Positions 1 to 13,911 of a stretch of DNA of 64,000 bases are shown piece by piece. Under the pieces are notes generated by a model. It was not told the DNA's origin. It ran no database searches and was given only the letters and a program-made list of their open reading frames with translations. Every line of letters begins with the position of its first letter. Within the stretch, counting starts at the first letter, position 1. This DNA is from Octopus bimaculoides (taxonomy: Eukaryota). The DNA is taken from the NCBI RefSeq assembly GCF_001194135.2, contig NC_068981.1, forward strand, positions 198,887,315-198,951,314, given 5' to 3'. Position numbers and translations under genes: made by a program.

Positions 1-149
1 ATAAGAGAGAGAGAGAGAGAGGGAGAGAGAGAGGGGGAGAGAGAGAGAGAGAGAGAGAGAGCTCTGTAAAGGTTAGTGTTCACAATGATGTATAGGGACA
101 AGTTCAGCTTAGATCTAGAAATACAATGGTTGCACACACTGTTGCCAGT

Positions 150-600
150 GTTGTATCCTAAAGTGATTGGATGCTTTGAGTTTTAGAAGAAAGACCTTCA
201 TCAAGACAGCCTGGCCTTAGGTTGACCAAATCTGTGTCTGTGAGCAAGTGCCATTCTACTGACCTCACTGATCCCCACTTTTTTTTTTTAGCCAGAATAA
301 GAAACTGAAATTTAAAGAGAAGAGAAAAAAGTAGGGAATTAATGAGGAGGGGGGGGGAGAGGCAGCAAAGGATAGACAGAGAGAAAGGGCAGAGTGAGGA
401 AGTGAGAGAAAGACTGAATCTTGTAATGGAAAGAAAATTTAAGGTAGAATGAGCCAATAGTTAACAATGGTCTGTGTAGAAACTGAACCACTAATTGGGA
501 ATGAAGAAACATTGTAAAAAAAGGAATGTCAGAATTTACTAACAGAATGTCTTAATAATGTAACAAAAAGTAATACATCTTCTCTGACAGGGGCCATCTT
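150..600 (-). mobile_element. Possible highly decayed L2/CR1 RT fragment
   Basis: Weak FLS.RS..V and PLL...IN.L-like traces only. Confidence 0.25.
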
Positions 601-3599
601 CTCCCAAAATTAAAAGAGATTGGGGTACTATTGATGTAAGGGGACTGGGACAACTCTATCAATGGTGATATAGTTGAAGACAATATAATCTCCAGTTATG
701 ACAACCACTTAAGAAGAAAATTGTTGCAATTTGTCACACTTCCTTGAAAACACCAACTGCTTAGATAAGACAATACTATTGGCACAAAGCTAAAAAAAAA
801 AAAACCCAAATACACTCTACATATTGATTATAGTGTGATACACCATTGCTCCAATCTGTGTTATAGAATGTTCTTGTGTAATTCCAGACAGTCAACAGTG
901 AGCCAATGGAAGGGCTGGGTATAAGTACCATGCATGTCCCTTGATGATGGGAGATAACACTCCAGATCTATGAGTTGATGACCCCACTGCATATTTCAGA
1001 ATGTGATCAAGGCTGTGGTGGTGGGCATCTAAGCAGTGTCAGCATGATGACAAAGTGAGTGAAGAGGATGGTGGGGCAGCCTTTAAAAGTTAACATTGTG
1101 ACAGTGGTGGAAGGGAAGAACGAGGAAGTTGAGACAACAGCTGATCAACATCTCAAGACATAAGGTTTCATACTTTAACAACTTGAGAATAATTTAGGAA
1201 TTCCGTACAAGAAAATAATGCAGTATAAAAATAGGGTTGGAAATTCAATGGGAAATATTGGATTGGAATATTTATGTCCAGTGAACTTCATCATGTCCTC
1301 TCCACCAACCACAGTCTGATGTGGAGGTCATAAATTTGAGATCATACTGATTTGGTGGGAAATATTAAAGAAATGATTATGAATGTTGTTGAGAAATAAT
1401 TATTTTGGCTTCTGTGTTCTGGTTGTAACTAAGGACATACAATTGTCAGTTTTTGAAACTTTAATTCTTAGTATCAGAAGTCAAAGTGAAAACCCAAGAG
1501 ACAAGATTAATTTATAATATTTTTATGTTTTGAAATATTCAACCTGGTTCGCAACTAGTCAACAGCTCACAACAGACTGACTGACAACAGATTGGTTCAC
1601 AAGAGATCGACTTATATTGTTAAATTTGAATCCAAACTTTTATGGATTAACAACTAACATTAGAAATGTCAAAATATAAAATAGATAAAGTGTTACACAT
1701 TAACAATGAAATATTCTTCACTGGAGAAGTTATTTTAAATGGATAACATTTTACTGTACAAAAAGTTTTGTGTTTTAAGGGATTATACAGTTACTATAAT
1801 GTTTTAAATGTACTTAGTGAATAAAATATTAAATAACAAACAATATGTAAAAAGGTTTGTCAGTCTGTCTTGTGGTCCCAATGGACAAAATGGGAAAGGC
1901 GTTGCCCTGGAGAGTGGCGAGGGAGATGCACTGGAACAGCCACTCTGACTCATGAGGCTTGCCGGTAGCAGTGAGCAGGGATGTGGCCCAGGGGAGACAC
2001 TGGAGGTCTCCACTGCCACAGGTTCAATCATGCTGTCGATCCACTTTTAACAATAATAGTTTAAGATTTAACCAGAAATATAACTATATCTGGATATCAC
2101 TTCATTGTTAATTACCGAATGAATAACATAATTATAAATTTGTTTTTATGGAACTTTTTAATTGGGTAAACATTAATGAAGGTGTTAAATACACTCAGTT
2201 ACATCTAACACTGAACATAAACTGACAATTATTACAAACAGTTTAATTATTGTTGCATCCATTTTGCTGACAGATTGTTGTGAATTAAATAAAAATATTT
2301 TGCCTTTGGAATGTGAACAAGAAGCTGAGTGAAGATTATGTGTGTAGTTTTAGAGAAAGTGAGAAATGACAGATAAAGTAAATTCATGAACAGTACAGAA
2401 AGTGTAGAGATTATCAATGTAGAAGACAAAGACATGGAATGACCGTTTGGCCTCATTCAGATTTTTTTCTGTTAAATGTTTATTTGTTCAGTGTTTTCAT
2501 CTAATCATTTATAATCTTGTAGCTTTGAGATTTTGATTATGTGATTGTATATTTTCAAAATGACATTGAAGGGTAGGTGCGAGAGGCCGGATCTGGACAG
2601 TTAGAACATAAACAGGTAGAATATTTGTGCTGGATATGGCCACATTGAATACTAAATGGTGAAAAGACATCTGGTGGTTCAGACTGACAAGATGAAGACA
2701 AAACAACTGAAAAGGTTTAGGAATTGGCTTTTACATTACGACATGTAAAATTCATTCAATAAATCTAGATATTTTAGTGATATGAATATTTATATATTCA
2801 TCATGGTACTTAATGTGGACTTAAATAGAAAAAGTTCTCACAGTCTCATTAAATACAAATAATATATTTACTAAACTTTTAGTTATTCATCTGAGCAGAA
2901 AAAGAGAAAAAAAAACTTCTTTTTCTTTTTGTTTTCCCAGCTTCAAATATTGGATGGTTGGTTTATTCTTCTTCATTGGATAATATCAAAGAGAAATCTA
3001 CAAATCTTTTTATCCAAAAAGAATGACTCCCAATTCAAGAATTGTATTGAAAAGGTCAGAGTTCTTTGTGGATGTTTCCTTTTTTCCTATTGCTATTTTG
3101 GCAAACAATTTCAATTGGTTCCGTTAGCAGCGAGAGTTCTACCGACATCTTCTTCTTCAGCTGCTAGTTCAACTAGTCTTTGATGTTTTACTAAGAATTT
3201 TATTCTCTATTTTGGTTTTGCTGTATTCCTGCTCCTTTCCACCGTTTTCTTTCTTGTCTACATTTCCACATAAAGAGTAAGGAGCAATCTGTTCATACAC
3301 AACAATACTAGGAGTACAGGCTAAACACTCTTTCAGAGTGGCCCCTAACAACTACAACAAAAATAACAACATGAAGGAGCTGTAAGGACTGTCTCTAATG
3401 CAAGGTTATTTCCCACTGAGATTGATGTGCTCATTACCAGATTTCGTAATAATTACATTATTCAGTTGTGTCAATTCCCATCCAAAGTCTCCAAAGTCCT
3501 TCAAGATTGTCATCCAAATCTTCGGGCCATTTATATCAACTTGGTTGGATCTCTGAATGTGATTTACTCTTTCATTTGTTTCAGTCATTTTTTACTGCG

Positions 3600-3951
3600 A
3601 CCATGCTGGAGCACTGCCTTTAGCTGAACAAATCAACCCCTGGACTTATTCTTTTGTAAGCCCGGTACTTATTCTATTCGTCTCTTTTGCCGAACCACTA
3701 AGTTATGGGAATGTAAGCACACCAACATCAGTGTCAAGCAATGGTGGGGTGGGGGTGGGGGACAAACACAGACACACAAATACATACACACACATGACAG
3801 GCTTCTTTCAGTTTCCGTCTTCCAAATCCACTCAAAAGGTTTTGGTCAGCCCAAGGCTATAGTAGAAGACACTTGCCCAAGGTGTCACACAGTGGGACTG
3901 AACCCAGAACCATGTGCTTGGGAAGCAAGCTTCTTACCACACAGCCATGCT
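3600..3951 (-). mobile_element. SINE family A copy
   Basis: Reverse complement of the family A motifs. Other copies at about 33990-34270 (+), 47120-47290 (-), 53240-53440 (+) and 61195-61275 (-). Confidence 0.8.
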
Positions 3952-4894
3952 TGTAAAATATTCTATTATCCCTTCCTGGATTGCTTTCAATGGATTGAGA
4001 GACATATTTCTCCATTGTTCATACAAGCACACAAATATACAAGACTTACATTGATTGACTAGAAAAAAAACAAAAAAACAACATACAAACTATTATCTCT
4101 GTTTAAGACTGATGGTAAACTGCCCTGGGAATTAATTATTATTTAAACAATGCAAGATAATTAAGATTCTCAAGAAATATGAATCCTGATAACAAAATTA
4201 ATGTATATTCAACAGAAGATGCAAAATTTTCGAAACAGTGTAAAAATTCTTGAAATAAATACATAATAATGACATTAGAAGTGACACTAAAGCACGACAC
4301 AGTGCTTGGGTCTCTCAGCTCCTATTAAATTGTCTAATCCATGCCAGTATGAAGCATGAATGTTTCAAATGGTGATGATGATGATAAAGCATTGATAAAG
4401 AATAAAGACAGTGAAAGAAATGGTGTTTTTGATGTCATCCTTTGAAAATATGCAAACGAAGGGAAGAATAGTATCTCATTTATTTATTTTTAAGTGTATC
4501 ATTTTTGTGTTGCTTTTAATTTGTGTGGTTGTTTGTCAAAGAAAGAAAACAAACCCACCTGATTGGAATACAAAATATTTCACTGATTAATAATGACTTT
4601 CAGAGAAATACTACAGAATCAGTGAACCCCTTCTCACCAAAAACTAGGCTGCTATTTCTACTACTACTACCATTCACATAATTTCTCCTCTCATCTATGC
4701 AAATAGATGATGTCAAATTAACTAACGAGAACAGCAAAACAAACATCTAGTTGGCAGCTTGCCAAGTTATACCTCCCATCTTACTCTTGTTTTTGACAAC
4801 TATATCCATAATTTAGGTAAAAATAGGGTGTTTGGCTGGGCTGGCAACAAAAGAGGTGTAGATCCATTCCCAAACACCACCGCTGGCGGCACAT

Positions 4895-5207
4895 GAAAGA
4901 GAAGCACCATTCGAGCATGGTAGTTGCCAGTGCCACCTGACTGGCTCCCGTGACGGTAGCACGCAAGAAGCACTATTCGAGCATGGTCGATGCCAGTGCC
5001 ACATGACTGGCCCTCGTGTCAGTGACATGTAAAAAGCACCCACTACACTCTTGGAGTGGTTGGCGTTAGGAAGGGCATCCAGCTGTAGAAACCTTGCCAG
5101 ATCAGATTGGAGCCTGGTGCAGCCTTCTGGCTTGCCAGTCCTCAATCAAGCCATCCAACCCATGCCAGCGTGGAATGCAGATGTTAAACGATAATGATGA
5201 TGATGAC
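4895..5207 (+). mobile_element. 5'-truncated RTE 3'UTR copy (representative of a very abundant family)
   Basis: Motif gtggttggcgttaggaagggcatccagctgtagaaacc...ccaacccatgccagc...gttaaa(tga)n. Further copies at about 8300-8580, 11005-11285, 22262-22385, 29876-30260, 30945-31130, 35480-35680, 36612-36900, 42420-42545, 43545-44030, 49041-49423, 54780-54885, 56150-56258, 56727-56900 and 59522-59630. Confidence 0.85.
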
Positions 5208-6234
5208 CACAAAGTTTATATTTAATGATACAATAGCCTATGAGACTAGAAAGCAATAAACACCTTTAAGAAGATTAATAAATACAATATTTATTCATAA
5301 ACAACATGCACTTCTTTTTTCAGATTTAGAAAAATTTTAAACCTAAAATTATGAGGACACAGTTCCATAACAATTAAATATTATACAATGTTCCATGGAT
5401 CTATTCAATATGGTATGAATTGTCCAAGCTTACTGATGTGCATTGAAGAGTTTAAATCACAATTGATAATGTTAACAGTTCTCTATAACAGTAATTAATA
5501 CATCAAATATTCATTAGATTTCATAGGTTTATCCATAAATATCCAAGGTTGTTTACCATTTTACTAATGTACTGATACGATTCAGATGTAAAATGTAAAA
5601 CCAAAACAGAAAAAGTAATCTGATAGCTCTGCTTGAAGACCTATTCTTCTCCATCACCTTGGCAACACTGAAACCTCCTTTCTACCTACACTCTTTCCTT
5701 TTTTTTTTTTTTTTTTTAGTGGGGTTTCACTCCACCTAATACCAAACATAAGCAAACTTTGCAACCTCAGTTAACACAGATGTTTGTTTATACTATGATG
5801 GCAATGCTGTCACTAATCCAGTAATATTTTGTTACACAGCTCTGATGATTTGACAACGTAATTTGATTATAAAATTTAGCTAGGTGACCAAGTCAGCAGT
5901 GGAGGAGGATGCTCTGAGAGCATGGCTACTAGAATAAGANNNNNNNNNNNNNNNNNNNNNNNNNNNNNNNNNNNNNNNNNNNNNNNNNNNNNNNNNNNNN
6001 NNNNNNNNNNNNNNNNNNNNNNNNNNNNNNNNNNNNNNNNNNNNNNNNNNNNNNNNNNNNNNNNNNNNNNNNNNNNNNNNNNNNNNNNNNNNNNNNNNNN
6101 NNNNNNNNNNNNNNNNNNNNNNNNNNNNNNNNNNNNNNNNNNNNNNNNNNNNNNNNNNNNNNNNNNNNNNNNNNNNNNTTGTATGGTGATGTGATGTTAT
6201 AGGCAAGGACAGCTCCGTAAAAAAGTACTGATCT

Positions 6235-6620
6235 CTAACTGTGGAGGGACCCTGCGGAAGAAGTAGACCCAGGAAGATATGGGATGAGGTGGTGAAGCAT
6301 GATATTTGAATGTTGGGCCTCACTGAGGTAATGACGAGTGACTGAGACTTTTGGCGATATACTGTGCTTGAGAAAACCCATCAAGCTAAATGAAATCATA
6401 GTTGTGGCAGATACTGGCATCACACAACTGGCACCTGTGCTGCTGGTGGCACATAAAACACCCATTACACTCTCGGAGTGGTTGGTGTTAGGAAGGGCAT
6501 TCAGCCATAGAAGCCATAGCAAATCAGACTAGAGTCTGGTGCAGCCCCTCAGCTTACTAGCCCTGGTCAAACTCTCTAACCCATACCAGCATGGACAATA
6601 GACACTAAATGATGATGAAG
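6235..6620 (+). mobile_element. RTE LINE 3' end
   Basis: agtagacccaggaagatatgggatgaggtggtg (RPRK.WDEVV), followed by the family 3'UTR and gatgatga tail. Confidence 0.8.
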
Positions 6621-6973
6621 GTAATGATGATAAACACAATTGAACAGACATAGCCAAAGCGTGTGTGTTGTTAGATCGTCATGCAGACGTGTTTCTGTCT
6701 CTTTTTTTGCAGAGTGACAGACATCGATGTTTCGTCATCATTGTTCGCTCCAATGTCTGTCTTTTTGACAAAAATAAGGGATTCGATGCAAGTTGTCTCG
6801 CTTGGCTATGACCTACTTTCAGGTGTTTTACACCAAATGCATTAAGAATGTATTCCCTTACACCTAAAAGACACAGCTGCCTGACGAACTAACAATACAC
6901 ACACCTTGAGGATGTGTGTTCGATTTTTTTAAATACCTCAAGGTACTTCTAATTCATATTTGAATATATATAC

Positions 6974-7018
<45 letters not shown>

Positions 7019-7189
7019 TACATCTACACACATACATACATACACATATATACATATACATGCATACATAAATACATATATATACACATATATACATACA
7101 TATTTATACAAATATATACATATATATATATACGAGAGTATTGTAGTTTGTTTGAAGCATTGTGTATTGTTTGTAAAGAATAAAAAATG

Positions 7190-7449
7190 TTGAATGGTAC
7201 AACAACGCACTATAATACAAACAATGGACTATGTACTTGTTGTAATTTAGTCATCCATTGACTGATAGGATATTTCAGAATAAAATTCCTTCTTCAGATA
7301 TTCTTAGATGGAGTCATAGCAGCGACTCCATCTAAGAATATCTGAAGAAGGAATTTTATTCTGAAATATCCTATCAGTCAATGGATGACTAAATTACAAC
7401 AAGTACATAGTCCATTGTTTGTATTATAGTGCGTTGTTGTACCATTCAA
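7190..7449. repeat. Perfect inverted repeat, 126-bp arms, 8-nt spacer
   Basis: 7190-7315 is the exact reverse complement of 7324-7449; spacer ATAGCAGC. Confidence 0.95.
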
Positions 7450-7464
7450 AATTTTATATATATG

Positions 7465-7505
<41 letters not shown>

Positions 7506-9149
7506 GGAAAGAACGAAAGAAAAACTTAAAGACATGAGAAAATAGAAATGAAAGAATTCTGCTATGGATTGCCATTTGAGGGAATGTAGCTAAAAGACAG
7601 ACATACAAAGAAAATAAAACAAGAGAGAAAAGACATTGGAGTTGATAGCTGGAAATAATAAGAGGATGGTGGAACTAGAAGGATTAAGTAAGAGAAAATG
7701 ACAAGGATAAAACGAAAAAGGTGTGGGGGGAGGGTGTTCAGTGATAAAAACTGATATTACATTTTGATGATAAGATCAATTGAACAGAAGTGTTGCTAGT
7801 TATGAACATTTCATGGTTGTCTCTTTGATTGGGAATCAATGAGGATTCTTCAGCAATGAATAATGGAAGCACTAAAGAATGAGAAAATATGGAAGTATTC
7901 ATAAAATTCTTTAAATCCAATGTAATGAGGATATTATGACAGTGGAGAGCTATCAAATGATGGACAATTTTAATGTAATAAAGCTGTACCTAGAAATGAA
8001 GCTTGTTTCTACTTGAGAATCTGGAGATATCTGAATACATGAAAGGAAGAAAATATACCAGAAGCTGACAAAAGAAATGAAATTTAAAGAGTTCTTCGTT
8101 TTGTTAATCTTCACCCCTATCATTCTTGTCATTGCTTAACTTTCAATGTTTTCTCCACCACCCTCATCATACACTCCCCTTTTCTAAGCAGTCACAAACT
8201 CCTTCCTCCTTACTTTTATTGTTTCTATTATTTTTATTTCTTGTAATTTACATGACTCTCCTTCAGTTTCATTAGTGAGTTCATCATCATCTTTTTAATG
8301 TGCTGGTACCACGTTAGAAAAGCACTGGTGATGGTACCACATAGAAAACACTGGTGATGGTACCATGTGAAAAGCACTGGTGATGTGCCTCATAAGAATC
8401 ACCTGGTACACTCTGTAAAGTGGTTGGCATTAGGAAGAGCATCCAACTGTAGGGACCATGCTAAAGCACACAATGGGGCCTGGTGTGGCCCCTGGCCTTA
8501 CCAGCTCCTGTCAAACTATCCAACCCATGCCAACATGGAAAACGGATGTTAGATGATGATGATGATAATGATGATGATGACATGCTTGGATGAGCTGGAT
8601 GAAATTCAGTGAGATTCAATTCTTTCCCAGTTTCCATCCAAGATAATAGCTGTGCCTGGCCAAACATGTTTTCACAGAAGATTGGAAACAAAGGATGCCA
8701 CTTGTGTGCATGCACCCTCAAAACAAGGAGACAATCACACCCACATGATGGTCTTCTTTTAGCTTCAGAGGGAAAGAGCAGAACCTGCTGAAAGTGTTCT
8801 GCGGTGGAACTGAAGTCATACTTTACATTCCATACAATGACATGTTCAAGCAGTTATTCCCTTCCTGGGCCGGTGATAGCATTTTCCCTTAATAGTTCAT
8901 TCCCCTCCCCTCGCTGCCATTCTGCTTCTTTCCGTTTCCATTATCATCATTATATTCCGCTTGTTGAAAACTGACATGTTTTCTCAGTCTTCTGTCTAGA
9001 TAGATCTAGGTATTTCTTCTGATGCAGATAGAAGAGTCCCGGCTCCTCCTCACCTGTGAACAATACTGCTCCCACCCACCCACATAGCTACTACTAGATT
9101 TAGATTAGATATGGACCCACCCATCCCCTTCTAAAAACACATATCCAGT

Positions 9150-9720
9150 CTCTAACTGCTTATCTACAAGCCACCTACTACTTATAACACTCTCTACATT
9201 ATAATTGCTCCCCAATTAAAGAAAGCATTCATGCTTCTGCAATCTCTGCCATTCATAAACACGTCCACTTACTCTGCTTCAAACTTTCTATGCCCAACAC
9301 CTCTAAATAAATCTATTCCTCCTTCAACCATTTTCCAAATTCCTCCAACCACCCATAAAAACTTCTGACCCTTTGACTTCTTGAGGGATATCTTTCTCAC
9401 TTCACCACTTTCTGAAGTTTTCTTCCTCAGTTACTTCAATGTTCTTGCTACTTCCAATCTTCTTCCCATGTCGATCTTGCAGTCTTCCTCCAATCTTCTT
9501 CCCACTACAGAAGAGGTGCCTCTTTAAATATGATTGGTAACATCACCTTTAAATATTCCTGTTTCACTAACATTTATTTAATTTAAACTAAAACTTGAAC
9601 CAAATTCAGGGCCAGGACATCAAATATTCTGTATAGGTTGAACAGCTCCTTAATGTAATGGGTGTTTCTTGAACCTCTGACCAAACTCCTCTGAATGATT
9701 CCTCTCGATTCCTCTCGTTT
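9150..9720 (-). mobile_element. Decayed CR1-like LINE 3' fragment
   Basis: RGIIQRSLVRGSRN...LFNLYRIFDVLALNLVQV resembles the CR1 RSIVSRS..LY..LVRP.LE..VQ segment. Confidence 0.5.
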
Positions 9721-9793
9721 AAGTCAGACAAATTACCAAAGCCATAAATGTTTTCTACTCACTTTTGCTTTTATTTTTTTCTCTCTCACATAC

Positions 9794-9880
9794 ATCAGTC
9801 TCTTGGCTATTGCAGATGATGTCAAATAATTGCTGTGCTGATGATGGATATTGAGGCAGAAATGAATCCACAACTGCCCT
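9794..9880 (-). CDS. Possible downstream exon (RAVVDSFLPQYPSSAQQLFDIICNSQETD, phase 0->0)
   Basis: Donor GAT|GTATGT; open frame (ORF track 9755..9973); acceptor weak. Confidence 0.25.
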
Positions 9881-10080
9881 CTTAATATCCAGACACAATA
9901 AGCCTGTTTTTTTCTTTAATTGAATGTCAACTTTGGAGAATTCTTTAATCTTGAAATTATCTTCCCTTCTCAAGTGATGCTGGTCTTAATTGCTATTTGG
10001 TAATTATGATTCATTCACAAGAGGTGGGGATGATTTTAATAAATTAATAATTTATGTTGTATGTGATACACCTGTAATTG

Positions 10081-10119
<39 letters not shown>

Positions 10120-10546
10120 AGGGTCATTCACCTGTTTGTAAAGAATTCTCTTCAAATATTCAGTCACATTCAATAGTTTGATAAATGAGACTATAAAACT
10201 TTAAAAAATTTAGAAAAGCAAATGTTTTTAGAAACGATCACTCTATCATCTTCCATTCATTATTCACATGGTTTTAGTGTCAGGTTGCATAAATCAAAAG
10301 CGAAACCTTATTATTCCCGAACCCACTACATACAAACCCTGATGCCATATTGGCAAGAGGACATTGGCAGAATAAAATATGAATGTTAACGAACATTCAG
10401 AATGATAAATAGTTTTTATTGGATTAAACTATGAATAACAAAACAGATCAAAGGACTTTTGATGTGTGGACAAAATTGCTGAGCTAATGAAATATTTGCT
10501 TGATGGGTTTGATAGAAAATATTTTACTTCACAGAAGTTAGCTCAC

Positions 10547-10562
10547 CTGACACTGGAGATCC
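10547..10562 (-). CDS. Possible downstream mini-exon (DLQCQ, phase 2->0; an alternative acceptor would extend it to about 10596)
   Basis: Strong donor CAG|GTGAGC; acceptor tttacttattttcaAG; phase-compatible with the 21931 exon. Confidence 0.25.
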
Positions 10563-12331
10563 CTTGAAAATAAGTAAATTCCAAAGTTTTCATATTCTAT
10601 TGCAGTAATTTAAAGTGTAGGCAACAAAACAGTTGAAACCAACACAGTTATAAACTAATTCTCAAATACCATTTACTAACAAATACAGGAATATTTTAAC
10701 TGGAAGGTCTAATTCATTATAAGAATTCCACCATTGTTATTTGTTCATACTTTTATATTCCACAATGGAAAGTTTCCTTGCCACCACTCTTCCTTCTTCC
10801 CCAATTCCCTTTGTATGTTGATGACCCACCCAGACACCTTATCCCTACTATTCTCTGTTTCTCTGCACCTCCACCCTGATCTTCTAAGCTTCTCAAGAGC
10901 AAAAACCCTGTTCTGTTTTGGCCTCTTATGCTTTCATCCCTCAGCAACCAACATAAAGCAGTCTCTTAGGGTTTGTAATGTTATGAGCTGCAGGGAAACT
11001 TCACCAGTGCTGGTGCTATGAAAAATGTACCCTTTGTACACTCTGTAAAGTGGTTGGTATTGGGAAGGGCATCCAGCCATTGAAACAATGTCAAAGTAGG
11101 TGTTGGAGTATATTACAGTATGTGAACCTGCTAGATCCTGTCTTACTGTCCAACCTATGCCGGCACAGAATCATCATCATCATTCATCATCATTTAAAGT
11201 CCCTTTTCCATACTGGCATAGATTGGATGACTGTGCCAAGTTCTACTCTCTGGCTGGATGCCCTTCCTAATGCCAAGTTGCCAGGAATGTGTTTATTATG
11301 CAAATTGGTCTATCAAATTATGTTACACTGTTAAACGTTGTAGGTATTTAAGCAAAGTGTTCATGAAGAGTTGTTAGGTTATATGAGGTACTGATGAAAG
11401 GACAATAGTCCCTAAAATATGCATCTACTATTTATTCTATTTTTTTTATTATCTATTTATTCTATTTTTGATTGCATTGTTTACATAGACATATTCATAT
11501 TCAAAAAGTCATAACTTACAGTGCTGGCTCAGAATTTTACAGAAAATCTATAGAGATAACCTCAAAATATTCCTTTTGCACTTTTTTGGAGGTGCCAGTG
11601 CAAAAAAGCCACTGGAAATAGCTAAAAAACGCAGAGGACAATGATGGAAACAAACAAGACAAACTAACATAAATATAATAATTATATAAACTAGCAGGAC
11701 CCATGAATATTTCACGGAATTAATGATAAACCCATTGGGTTATTTCTGAAAACTTTATCGAAAAAAAAAACCTGGAAGTGTAGCCTGTGTTGTGTCTGTA
11801 TGGAAAGACAGTCGCTCATCTGCTCCTCAATGAAAAGTGAAAGAAATTGTTATACAATGATTACTCAATGCACTTTATGTATTATACACCTTATATACTT
11901 TATGCACAATTTTATAAACTTAATACATTGCACTCATAAAATAAATATTCACTCTTATTTTTCCTTTTCCCCCCATAAACAAAAAAAAAAAAATCTCGTA
12001 CATGTGATACAACCTTTAGTTAAATTGCATATGTCTGCCATGCAAATAAGTGTGAATATTTCACAGGACTGCACTTATGTGCATGCATTAAGTGATAGGA
12101 GATATAAAAGACTTGGTTCAATTTAAAAAAAAAAAACAACTTTTCACTATTCAATCACCACCACCACCAGCACCAGCACCAGCACCACCAGCACCACCAC
12201 CACCACCACCACCACGAGAAACAGCAAGTCAGAAGCCAAAGGAAAAAGAATGACAAGGGCATAGATGGCCTCGTTTTAAAATTTGAAACCCCATTATTAT
12301 TATTATTATTATTGTTATTATTTTTGTTAAT

Positions 12332-12548
12332 AAGGTAATGAGCTGGCAGAATCATTAGCACACTGGGCGAAATGCTTAGCGGTATTTTGTCTATCTTTAT
12401 GTTCTGAGTTCAAACTCCGCAGAGGTTGACTTTGCCTTTCATTCTTTTCGGGGTTGATAAATCAAGTACCAGTGAAACACTGGGGTCAATGTAATCAATT
12501 AGTCCCTTCCCACCAAATTTCAGGCCTTAAGCCTTTAGTAGAAAGGAT
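12332..12548 (+). mobile_element. SINE family B copy
   Basis: Homologous to 13341-13558; flanked by (TTA)n. Other copies at about 42725-42900 (-), 43318-43480 (+) and 63225-63371 (+). Confidence 0.8.
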
Positions 12549-13257
12549 TACTATTATCATTATTATTATTATTACTATTATTATTATTAGTAGTAGTAGT
12601 AGTAGGATAAGTGTTGATACTGCACCCCTCCCCCCAATACTACTGCTGTTAATTGTCTCTGTGACATTATTCTAGATGTAATATATTTAGACATATTTCA
12701 GTGTGATGCTGAGGTAAAGATGGGAAGCCTTTGCTGCAAGTGGAAACCCTATCAAGTGTTGGAGACACCAAATGGTGATAAGCTGCACAAATAATCTACT
12801 GATGCCATAGAAATGATCAAAACGAAATCTACAATGAGACAAAACCAAGATGCATCCTCTCCATCGACTCCCTCCATGTAATCTAACACATCAGCTGATC
12901 GCTTCCGTACTTGCTGCTGCTGCTGTTACTACTGACGCTGCTCTTTCGCTGCATTGAAATTTTGTGTCACTTAATTTCGGTTCATTTCAAAATATTGATT
13001 GGAAAATATTGCACTTCTTCCCCTAAACTGAACCAGATAAGAATGTCAGAGAGTTTATATATATATATATATATAGACTGTACATGCATAGCCACCGACA
13101 CACATGTAATAAATACCTGTGTATCTATATGTGTATTTGTGTGTGTGCATATACACACACACACTCACACATATATAAATATATACAGGTGTACATTTAG
13201 ATAGACACAGATATATACATATGTGCAATCTCAATATATATGAATACATATATGCGA

Positions 13258-13288
<31 letters not shown>

Positions 13289-13340
13289 AGCAGCTACGTT
13301 ATCAACATCATCATCATCATCACTGTTTTAATGTCTGCTT

Positions 13341-13558
13341 AAGGCAGCGAGCTGGCAGAATCGTCTGCATGCCGGGCAAAATGCTTAGCATCATTTCGTC
13401 TGCCTTTACGTGCTGTGTCCAAATTCGGCCGAGCTCGACTTTGCCTTTCATCCTTTCGGGGTCGATAAATTAAGCACCAGTTGCATACTGGGGTCGATCT
13501 AATCGACTGGTCTCCTCCCCATGAAATTTCGGGCCTTGTGCCTTGAATAGAAAAGAGA
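13341..13558 (+). mobile_element. SINE family B
   Basis: gagctggcagaatc...caaattc.gccgag.tcgactttgcctttcatcctttcggggtcgataaattaag...agaaaag. Confidence 0.8.
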
Positions 13559-13577
13559 AGAATGTCTGCTTTGCGAT

Positions 13578-13600
13578 GCTTACCTGAAACAGATGGAATT
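13578..13600 (-). promoter_or_regulatory. Strong CAG|GTAAGC site (junction 13584/13583): recursive site or ordinary donor
   Basis: Minus strand TTCCATCTGTTTCAG|GTAAGC. Confidence 0.3.
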
Positions 13601-13911
13601 GTTGTCCTAGTTATTACCATCATCCAAATTATCAGAATCACAATGATCACCTCTCCACCAGTCATCATCATCATCGTCATCATCGTCATCACTGTCATCA
13701 TCGTCATCACTGTCATCACAGTCATCATCATCATCATCATCGTCATCACTGTCATCAGCCAATTTATAAAATTTTCATCAGTGAATTTCCAGGAAATGTT
13801 CTCTTCCTCTGAACAGTTTATTGATTGACTCAAAGACAGAGACAAGTCATTGGTATTTTCGATCAACAGGGATCGGCTGATAAGTAAGTTAGACAAATAT
13901 AGTCCTCAACT

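Noticed and set aside
1804-2050. GC-rich island with a 75-aa minus ORF
   Set aside because: No clear splice boundaries or recognisable motif; more likely a decayed retroelement piece.
2929-3351. Strong plus-strand acceptor at 2940 and overlapping short ORFs
   Set aside because: Weak donor, no recognisable peptide, and no phase-linked partners.
6938-7210. YIYI/THTH/CVCV-type ORFs here and throughout the window
   Set aside because: They are translations of microsatellites.
8300-8400. Repeated ~26-bp units (also ~45- and ~90-bp units at 15030-15387 and 41280-41560) resembling a repeat array
   Set aside because: These are internal tandem repeats of the RTE 3'UTR with no unique spacers; not CRISPR.
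13662-13756. Acidic poly-Asp or poly-His coding potential of the compound (CAT/GAT)n repeat
   Set aside because: The Asp frame is bounded by stops with no acceptor; the His frame lacks supporting splice or phase context.
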